This document shows positions 57,354 through 64,000 of a stretch of 64,000 nucleotides of DNA, piece after piece. Every line of letters starts with the position of its first letter. The stretch's first letter is position 1. The notes under the pieces were generated by a model. It was not told where the DNA came from and ran no database searches. It worked only from the letters and a program-made list of their open reading frames with translations. Source of the stretch: a virus. The translations under genes were made by a program, and so were the position numbers. Where the stretch lies: positions 32,001-96,000 of IMG/VR virus record IMGVR_UViG_3300044695_004134; one strand, given 5' to 3'.

Positions 57354-57365
57354 GGAGTAATACTA

Positions 57366-57596
57366 ATGACTGATTTTGAGACCAAGTGCTACGGCATGAC
57401 CGAAGCCGATATCCGGAGCCAGTACATGGGCTCCATCACCGCTAAATTCTCCGGCTTGGAGATGGTGGTCATGTCCATCCTGTCCGATTGTCAGGAACTC
57501 GGTGCCATGGGTCGGAATGAGGCAGTCCGTAAACAGTTGAACGTGGCTAAATTCATCCTCTCGGAAATGATGGATGCCCGTGGCCATTCGGTATAA
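57366..57596 (+). CDS. Hypothetical early protein
   Basis: TAAGGAG RBS; MSILSDCQE..RKQLNVAK. Confidence 0.65.
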   Translation: MTDFETKCYGMTEADIRSQYMGSITAKFSGLEMVVMSILSDCQELGAMGRNEAVRKQLNVAKFILSEMMDARGHSV

Positions 57597-57610
57597 GGAA
57601 AGGAATCATT

Positions 57611-57712
57611 ATGTTTTCAGAAAATAAGTGGGAAGACCTTGCATTCAAGGTGGTGCTGGTGCTAGGTGTGGTGGTTGTGTTGCTGGACCTGGTGTACTGG
57701 AGACCAGGTTAA
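57611..57712 (+). CDS. 33-aa single-pass membrane peptide (not in ORF track)
   Basis: AAGGA RBS; MFSENKWEDLAFKVVLVLGVVVVLLDLVYWRPG*. Confidence 0.55.
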   Translation: MFSENKWEDLAFKVVLVLGVVVVLLDLVYWRPG

Positions 57713-57736
57713 AGGTTGGACACCAGTTGGTGGGGA

Positions 57737-57759
57737 GAGGCGCTTAGGCGCCTTTTTTT
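57737..57759 (+). terminator. Rho-independent terminator
   Basis: AGGCGC-ttag-GCGCCT followed by T-run. Confidence 0.8.
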
Positions 57760-57933
57760 GCGCTTAAAAATCTGGGGCACTGTACCTTAAAGGTAATACT
57801 ATGTAAGTAATTTTGTGCTATGGCCCAAACTCTTTTTTCCCTAAATTTATTTTCTGGGGCCCCTAGCACATTTTCGAATTTTTCACTTTCACATCCCTCT
57901 GGAATTTTCTCCGGACCCCCTACACGGTTTTCG

Positions 57934-57962
57934 AAAAAAAAGGAGTCACTCTCGGACTCCTT
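57934..57962 (-). terminator. Rho-independent terminator
   Basis: AGGAGTC/GACTCCT stem followed by T-run on minus strand. Confidence 0.75.
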
Positions 57963-57996
57963 CTATACCGTTCTACGGTTTCTCTACACTTCTCTA

Positions 57997-58182
57997 TTAC
58001 TCCGCTACATCTCCAGCTAAGTCTTCTAAACCGATCAATTCTTGCGTTTCTAAGATATTCGCTCTCTCCTGTGCGGCTTCTTCTGTTGTGAAGTATCCAG
58101 TCTGTACAAACAGTCCTTTTTCTTCGTCTGCGTAGTCTACAATGAAGTGTTCACCTTCTGCTCTTACTGTGGTCTTTGACAT
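57997..58182 (-). CDS. Hypothetical protein
   Basis: GGGAG RBS. Confidence 0.55.
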   Translation of the reverse strand: MSKTTVRAEGEHFIVDYADEEKGLFVQTGYFTTEEAAQERANILETQELIGLEDLAGDVAE

Positions 58183-58215
58183 GTCGTTATCTCCCTATGG
58201 TGTGTGTTGACACTT

Positions 58216-58416
58216 CTATTTATTTTCCCACGCCCAATGCACTACACACCAGTCTTCGATGCAACGCTCTTTTGAGATATCGGCTTCTAAACCATTCTGA
58301 ATCATCTTGGTTGACCAATACGTGTAGTAGGACTTCAGGATTTGTTCCTCTGTCCATGTCTCCACAACATCTTGTCCAAACTCTCCCGGGAAGGTGATAC
58401 TCCATCTTTTAGTCAT
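58216..58416 (-). CDS. Hypothetical protein
   Basis: CIEDWCVVHWAWE motif. Confidence 0.6.
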   Translation of the reverse strand: MTKRWSITFPGEFGQDVVETWTEEQILKSYYTYWSTKMIQNGLEADISKERCIEDWCVVHWAWENK

Positions 58417-58648
58417 AGCTTTTCAGTCTCTTTATTGTGTTTGGCTTTACTATGAGGATTGTATTCTTCGTCTTTGGAAACGGAAGGTCGAGATGCACTG
58501 ATACTCTTGGTCCTTCCTCCTTAGAGATTTCTGTGTCGTTCCCTACCGTTCCAATAAAGGGTATGCCCTCATGGCGTCCGGAAATTCGCTCACCCATCTC
58601 GAAAGTCGGTTTATACCTGTTCTCTTTGAAGTATTCAGCTAGGGTCAT
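58409..58648 (-). CDS. Hypothetical protein
   Basis: IPFIGTVGND..GPRVSVHLDLP. Confidence 0.6.
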   Translation of the reverse strand: MTLAEYFKENRYKPTFEMGERISGRHEGIPFIGTVGNDTEISKEEGPRVSVHLDLPFPKTKNTILIVKPNTIKRLKSYD

Positions 58649-58895
58649 TCAACAGGCCTTCAATCTCTTTTTTGACTTGGGACCTACAAAATTCGAGGTT
58701 GTCTTTATCGTAGGTCGTATATGTCTTATCCCTTAGGTCGGCTCTCTCCACGGCACTCACTGCTTCTTTCAACGTGAGTTCAATTACTTTCTGTGTATAG
58801 CCATACTTCATTTGTTCTGAAGTGTAGATCGTATTTTCTTTCGGATAATCACGATTAGCACTTTCAAATATCTCGATTGTTTTTGTTTTAATCAT
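58635..58895 (-). CDS. Hypothetical protein
   Basis: Operon-coupled ORF. Confidence 0.55.
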   Translation of the reverse strand: MIKTKTIEIFESANRDYPKENTIYTSEQMKYGYTQKVIELTLKEAVSAVERADLRDKTYTTYDKDNLEFCRSQVKKEIEGLLNDPS

Positions 58896-58896
58896 T

Positions 58897-59292
58897 TTAA
58901 TCTATCCATTCTAGAATTTCAAAATATTCTTCGGCACGTTCCTTAGCATGTTTAAAGGAGGTCGCAAGAATTTCTAATTCAAGTATATCATCTTCGAGGT
59001 GCATTGTAAATGGACAATCGTTTGCTTTTTTGGAAGAAATAACGTCACCAACGTCAATTCTACCTTTTACTTTGTAGAATCTTCCGTTTTTAATGCGATC
59101 AAGAAAATCATACGTTTCTTCGTGTACAGATACCACACCTTCAAACCAAACTTCGGCTTCTTCTTGGGTTTCAAACTCTGGTGAGAGTGCGGCTCCGGAA
59201 CCCGGATTAATCCAAAACCAGACTGCATTCTCCATGTTCGCTTGACGATACTTGATAAGTGCGGCTTTGAATTGCTTTTTCTGAACCGTCAT
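58897..59292 (-). CDS. Hypothetical protein
   Basis: Operon-coupled ORF. Confidence 0.55.
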   Translation of the reverse strand: MTVQKKQFKAALIKYRQANMENAVWFWINPGSGAALSPEFETQEEAEVWFEGVVSVHEETYDFLDRIKNGRFYKVKGRIDVGDVISSKKANDCPFTMHLEDDILELEILATSFKHAKERAEEYFEILEWID

Positions 59293-59843
59293 GGCTTCTT
59301 AGAGAAGAAAAGCTGGATCGAAATTCTAGGTGGCGCTGACGTTGCTGTTGGTGTCGTACAATGCCATTCTCTCTCTGTTGAGTAAATAGCAGTGTTATAC
59401 TGTGGACAATAGAACTGACCTTGTTTAGGATTGTAACCATATTCATCAACACCCTTATTCTCCTCTGTCCATGCGAACCAACCACCCCAATTCGAATCCC
59501 ATTCTTTGTTGAGATAAATTGACATAGCATCATAGTCTGCATAGTCGGGATGCCAGTTTACACAAGAGGTCTGAAATCCAACGTAAAAGATGGCCGCAGA
59601 AGAATGTGGAAGGTAATCCAACTTACCACGGTTGACTAACTCATAGTAAATTGGATTCTTCCATTCATCAGAGAGCGCACGTGAAAGAATCGTTCCGTTC
59701 GTAGCATACTTCAGAACATCAACCCATTTCATTTGGTTTGATGCCCAAACATCGCCAGCCTTTGTCTCCTCGTTCCATGCTAGGAGTTGTTGAATGAACT
59801 CCTGAGAAAGGACATCATCTAAAATTTTAATCATATTATGCAA
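59289..59843 (-). CDS. 2OG-Fe(II) oxygenase
   Basis: WHPD, IYLNKEWDSNWGG, WHCTTP, RISIQLF. Confidence 0.8.
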   Translation of the reverse strand: MHNMIKILDDVLSQEFIQQLLAWNEETKAGDVWASNQMKWVDVLKYATNGTILSRALSDEWKNPIYYELVNRGKLDYLPHSSAAIFYVGFQTSCVNWHPDYADYDAMSIYLNKEWDSNWGGWFAWTEENKGVDEYGYNPKQGQFYCPQYNTAIYSTEREWHCTTPTATSAPPRISIQLFFSKKP

Positions 59844-62037
59844 TCAAGTTAATGAAGCGGTTCAACACGATACGATTTGAGACACGGTTGCTTGTATACT
59901 TTGCGAAAGCAGAGACAAGACCACGGGTTGTCGTTGAAGTAACTTCGAATTCGTCATCTTCGTCAGTGTCCAGTTTATCTGAACGGATAAAGTAATATTC
60001 ATCGTATCCAACGTTATTTAGATACGTGAAGTTGTTCTTGCGGAACTCTGCCACACGGTGATCGATTTTACTTTCTTCCGACTTCGGTGAATACATTACA
60101 AGTGCATGACGAACATCACGTACTTTTGCAACATAGAAACCAACCACGTTTGCATCTGTACGTTGCTTGAGTAGTTGAAGGAGTGCAGTTGTTTGAGCCG
60201 CACCACGTGAACCATATCCAGAACACTCAGTCACTTCAACTGATGCTTTGGTAATCGGATCACGGAAGAAACTTCTCATTTTCCAATTAGAATCAACTGA
60301 AGACCAATCATACCGTTCACCTTCAACAGCATCGATACGACCATACAGCGTAGAGCCTTCACCATCAGTCAGAAACACACTGTTCACAATTTCAAGTTTG
60401 TTTTCTGTCTTGAACTTCGGAATAACTTTGAATGCGGCAATGACTGCCTCATTCAGTGGTGTTCCACCAAGTTGAAGAATCTCTGGTGGTTCCATGTTTG
60501 AACATGTACCACGGCGACCTGTACCATAATCAAGGAGATATGATGCCATCTTGGTGAATTCATTCGCACTCATTTTGTGTGAAAGAATGTTCAGGAGTGA
60601 AAATGGGTGGACAACCAAGTCACCGACTTTCAGTTTCTGTGATTTCAGTTTTTCTTGGCTCAGAAGTTGGCAAGTCGAGAATGCATATACATCAAAAGGA
60701 ATGTTTACCTTTTTGCAGAACATTACAAGGTTCAAAAGTTGCTTTACTGTGGGTGACATATGGTCACACATAGAACCAGACCAGTCGATAAACATCACCA
60801 GACCATGAGACTTACCGTTAGGCACTTTAGTGAGCCTAGCGAAAATGTCATCAGTGAATTTGTATTCGTGAATTTTTGAAAGATTCAGTTCACCAGTCTT
60901 GGAGACTTTTGCACGTGTTTGTTGTTCAGCATTTTTACGCATTTCGAATTCTTTCACAAGGTAAGAAACAACCTTGTTAGATTCGGTGCGGAACTTACTG
61001 AAGTTTGCCCGCATTTTATCTTCGTTGAACCATTCTTTACGGATTGGATCAGTATTGTGTTCCATAACTTCTTTAATCAGAGTTTTGTGGTCAACAACAA
61101 TATTCTCAATAAGAATCTCGGGAATGTTTGAATACATCACATCTTTACGGTTTTCACCGGAATACAATTGTTTTTCCTTTTCACGGAAAGCATTGTCTGT
61201 TTCAGATTCAATCTTTACATCATCTGAGCCGGCAGAACCAGTTCCACCAGTTTCTGGTGTTTCAGATTTATCTAAACCAATATCTTGTTCGGTTTCTTCG
61301 GCATTACCAGAAGGTTGTGTTTCAATATTTGCCTCTTTGGCTTCACCTTCTTTTGGTTCACTGACACCTTTTTCTTGGTCTTCACCTTCATTAAAATCAA
61401 AATCAGTAGGTCCTGTGTTCCCAATTTCTGGTGACATTTCTTCACCAGGTTCGACCTTTGGTGGTTTGGATTTTTGTTCTTTGGATTGTTCTTTCATAAA
61501 CTTTTGAATTTTCATGGCAATTGCCAGAGTTTCTTCAAACGTTTCAGCATCTTCAACTTCACGTACCAAAGAATATTCTTCGGAAGTAAAATCGATACCT
61601 TGAGCCGCACCACCTTTTGTGTAAAGGTTAATACGGTCAATGAAATTCATGGAATTCAGATTTCTACCTTCAGTGCCAAAGAAGTCCATCTCCATCAGTT
61701 CACGATAACCTTTTACAAAGGAAATACGAATACCAGGAAATCTACGTTTGATTTTCTTTTCGATACGTGCATCTTCGCACACATTAAGAATTGAACGATT
61801 GACTTTGAGGTCAACGACAGAATCGTGCCAGCCTTTTTCAGGCGTTTCTAGTGCATGTCCAACTTCGTGACCGAGTAAAAGGTCAATAACTTCGTTGGAT
61901 AGATTGCCGTTCAGAACAGGAACGGTGAGAACACGGTTTTTGATATCGAAAAATGCTGTCGGAACCTGACGTTGTTCGACAATCAGGTTTTCCGTAGCCA
62001 TGAGGCGTGCAAGATTTGATTTTGATTCAACTAGCAT
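59836..62037 (-). CDS. Metallopeptidase-like (HExxH) plus VWA domain protein, CobT-like partner of the CobS ATPase
   Basis: LARLMATENL, HEVGHAL.TP, NVCEDARIE, acidic linker, DWSGSM, GGTPLNEA, FLTDGE. Confidence 0.85.
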   Translation of the reverse strand: MLVESKSNLARLMATENLIVEQRQVPTAFFDIKNRVLTVPVLNGNLSNEVIDLLLGHEVGHALETPEKGWHDSVVDLKVNRSILNVCEDARIEKKIKRRFPGIRISFVKGYRELMEMDFFGTEGRNLNSMNFIDRINLYTKGGAAQGIDFTSEEYSLVREVEDAETFEETLAIAMKIQKFMKEQSKEQKSKPPKVEPGEEMSPEIGNTGPTDFDFNEGEDQEKGVSEPKEGEAKEANIETQPSGNAEETEQDIGLDKSETPETGGTGSAGSDDVKIESETDNAFREKEKQLYSGENRKDVMYSNIPEILIENIVVDHKTLIKEVMEHNTDPIRKEWFNEDKMRANFSKFRTESNKVVSYLVKEFEMRKNAEQQTRAKVSKTGELNLSKIHEYKFTDDIFARLTKVPNGKSHGLVMFIDWSGSMCDHMSPTVKQLLNLVMFCKKVNIPFDVYAFSTCQLLSQEKLKSQKLKVGDLVVHPFSLLNILSHKMSANEFTKMASYLLDYGTGRRGTCSNMEPPEILQLGGTPLNEAVIAAFKVIPKFKTENKLEIVNSVFLTDGEGSTLYGRIDAVEGERYDWSSVDSNWKMRSFFRDPITKASVEVTECSGYGSRGAAQTTALLQLLKQRTDANVVGFYVAKVRDVRHALVMYSPKSEESKIDHRVAEFRKNNFTYLNNVGYDEYYFIRSDKLDTDEDDEFEVTSTTTRGLVSAFAKYTSNRVSNRIVLNRFINLIA

Positions 62038-62064
62038 GTGTTTCCTTGTGAGTCTGTAGTATGT

Positions 62065-62116
62065 ATTATATCATACCGACAGGAAATGTCAAGTCATGTG
62101 TTGTTTTTTTGAGACA
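62065..62116 (-). promoter_or_regulatory. Early promoter TTGACA-16-TATAAT with degenerate TGTTG-N8-AGACA box
   Basis: -10 62065-70, -35 62087-92, box 62099-116. Confidence 0.78.
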
Positions 62117-62118
62117 AA

Positions 62119-62448
62119 TTACTCTTTTTTCGTAATAATTAATGTTCCGGCTTCGGAAACTTCGAGATTTAGTGTGTCTCCTTCTTTCCAGCCAGTCTCC
62201 GCAATTAATTCGGGTGGAAAAGTGAGAATTCCGTCTCCGGAACCGTCTCCGGCGTCTTCTATGAACATTGGACCATAAGTTTTAGGTTTCGGATTTACCC
62301 ATTGATGCACAACATCCGTTAATTCTTGCCAAGGTTGTCGTTTTTTGACTAATTCTTCGTCTAATGCAAAGTAAATGTCGTTTGCCAACTCAGGATCACT
62401 CTGAATAATCGCTTTTGCGAGTCTTTGTGTATCACTGGACATAATCAA
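62119..62448 (-). CDS. Protein with C-terminal AbrB/MazE-like domain
   Basis: DGILTFPPELIAETGWKEGDTLNLEV..GTLIITK. Confidence 0.65.
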   Translation of the reverse strand: MIMSSDTQRLAKAIIQSDPELANDIYFALDEELVKKRQPWQELTDVVHQWVNPKPKTYGPMFIEDAGDGSGDGILTFPPELIAETGWKEGDTLNLEVSEAGTLIITKKE

Positions 62449-62701
62449 ACTCGGAAAAAACGATTTTATTTTGTTTTTCTGCGACCAATAGATTCACATG
62501 CATTAAAGTTTCCATAATTTCTTCATAACTCATCTTTTCCAACTTTTCGGTGATTTCTTGCATTTCATTTTCAGTAAGCATAATTATCCTTTTGGCGGTG
62601 CTTAGGTTGACGGACGTACTTAACATCAATCCTGTGTTTTTGTGCAGGTTTGATAGGGGTACGACAAACTGGTTTTGGTATCTTAATTAAAATCTTCATT
62701 T

Positions 62702-63037
62702 TTATCTCCGCATCTTTGCCATGTCTTGTGCTTCTTCCACAGAAAAAACAGGAACAGCATTGGACTTGTGGAGAGTGCCAATACCTAAAATTTTGTCGCC
62801 GGTATAAACTTGTTTAGGTTTGAGAGTTCCGCCGTCCATCATCGAGGAATTCAATGATGGAATTTTTGGTGTTTCACGCACATTTTTACCTAAACTGTAA
62901 ACCCAAGGTTTGACAGCCGGAACAACCTTTTTGATTGTTGGAACCTGGTGCTTAGCCAACCAAACCTCATATTCTTCCCGTTCTTTTTTGGGTTTGAGTT
63001 TGGGTTTGGATTTTCCTTGTCTCACGTATATCATCAT
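62702..63037 (-). CDS. Conserved phage hypothetical protein
   Basis: YTG..ILGIGTLHKSNAVPVFS.EEA.D.AKMRR. Confidence 0.7.
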   Translation of the reverse strand: MMIYVRQGKSKPKLKPKKEREEYEVWLAKHQVPTIKKVVPAVKPWVYSLGKNVRETPKIPSLNSSMMDGGTLKPKQVYTGDKILGIGTLHKSNAVPVFSVEEAQDMAKMRR

Positions 63038-63063
63038 AATATATCTCCAAAACGAATAAGTGT

Positions 63064-63116
63064 ATTATACTCGTTCCATAGATAAAAGTCAAGTCATTTG
63101 TTGTTTTTTTACAACT
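63064..63116 (-). promoter_or_regulatory. Early promoter TTGACT-17-TATAAT with TGTTG-N8-CAACT box
   Basis: -10 63064-69, -35 63087-92, box 63099-116. Confidence 0.75.
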
Positions 63117-63294
63117 TACTGTAGCGTTTAGCTAGATGTCCATAATCTTCATCTTCATGTTGACGCTGGCGCATTCTCCGTAATTCTGCCGCTTCCTTCT
63201 TACGCTTTTTGTTTCTATTAAATTCCTTTGTTGAATTATATTCACTAGAATATTCTTCGTCAAAAGGACGAAACTTAGGAACAAATTTTCCCAC
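63109..63294 (-). CDS. Small charged hypothetical protein
   Basis: GTG start after GGAG. Confidence 0.5.
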   Translation of the reverse strand: MGKFVPKFRPFDEEYSSEYNSTKEFNRNKKRKKEAAELRRMRQRQHEDEDYGHLAKRYSKL

Positions 63295-63312
63295 TTCTTT
63301 TTACTCCGTAGT

Positions 63313-63735
63313 TTATAGTACATCAGGAATGTTATCATGGATAAACTTATAAGTCAATCCTTTAACACCCAAATCTTTCTTAAAAATTCCAATAACAACA
63401 TCCGCTTCACGGGGTTCGAGAGATTCTAACAAAACCATCAGAATTTCTTCCGCACGTTTTGTTGTCAATTTCTCGGCGGTTTCATTACCAACACGGAACA
63501 TGTAAAGTCGTTTAAGTTCAGTATCAAGTGAGGCATAAGAGATTCCAGGTTTTGTATCTGGTTTCTTATATCTTTCAGGATAATCTTTAAACTTCCATTC
63601 CATTTCAGGTCGATATGCCAATTGAAGCACCAATTTTAGTGTTGGTGTCCAATTATTAGCAAGTACATTAATCTTATCTTGTTTCGAATCTGCTTTTGCA
63701 AATTCATCAAACACTTCATAAACATTTTTTCTCAT
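63313..63735 (-). CDS. Conserved T4-like hypothetical protein downstream of rnh
   Basis: L..E.KRLY.F, R.E....LLESL.P.EA, K.L.VKGLT. Confidence 0.7.
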   Translation of the reverse strand: MRKNVYEVFDEFAKADSKQDKINVLANNWTPTLKLVLQLAYRPEMEWKFKDYPERYKKPDTKPGISYASLDTELKRLYMFRVGNETAEKLTTKRAEEILMVLLESLEPREADVVIGIFKKDLGVKGLTYKFIHDNIPDVL

Positions 63736-64000
63736 TAAAATTCCTCAATTACTTCCATTAGGTTTTTCAGCTTCTTGTCCATGAAGTAATTAATTAACTT
63801 GGAACGTGGAGCCGGCTTTGTGTTATTATATGTATCAATAATCGAATTTTTAATATCACCGGGAATCTGACGTAGGTCAATCAGTGTTTGATTTCTGGAG
63901 AAACCAATACGTGCATTTTCATCTTCCCAGTCGCCATAATTTTCATTCAATAATTTATCAAGTCGATTTTTATTGATGGGTGTTTGTCTTAAATCACGAA
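63735..64000 (-). CDS. rnh: T4-type RNase H / 5'-3' exonuclease, C-terminal part (start outside window)
   Basis: RQTPI, RNQTLIDL..IP..I, YF..KKLKNLM..I.EF. Confidence 0.85.
   Translation of the reverse strand, partial: RDLRQTPINKNRLDKLLNENYGDWEDENARIGFSRNQTLIDLRQIPGDIKNSIIDTYNNTKPAPRSKLINYFMDKKLKNLMEVIEEF

Overview
A 64-kb segment of a large T4-like myovirus genome, most likely an aquatic phage of a proteobacterium (host is inference). 1-25.8 kb is a baseplate/tail module: DUF4815/VrlC-like protein, gp8, gp7, gp6, gp25, split gp5, gp53, gp48, gp4, gp2, gp54, gp26, gp51 and two paralogous tape-measure-like proteins. 25.8-28.9 kb carries gp32, gp59, gp33, a nucleotidase and a cell-wall hydrolase. 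29-41 kb is an accessory block: tmRNA, 2OG-Fe(II) oxygenases, glycosyl/methyltransferases, PhoH, MazG-like and DenV-like genes. 41-63 kb is an early region of small ORFs under many sigma70-type promoters diverging near 55.7 kb, and the window ends in T4-type RNase H. Main observations: (1) a complete circularly permuted two-piece tmRNA gene (tag ANDSEYRLAA) with a consensus promoter; (2) a candidate -1 ribosomal frameshift fusing gp26 to gp51, like lambda G/GT tail chaperones; (3) a five-copy microprotein family made of three conserved DNA blocks and two hypervariable segments; (4) a helically phased TGTTG-N8-CAACA box and a second box defining two early promoter classes; (5) two related promoter-driven G-rich small transcripts, one next to tandem DnaA boxes; (6) a 31-bp intergenic motif repeated about 45.7 kb apart. 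All calls come from motif recognition by eye; no searches were run.
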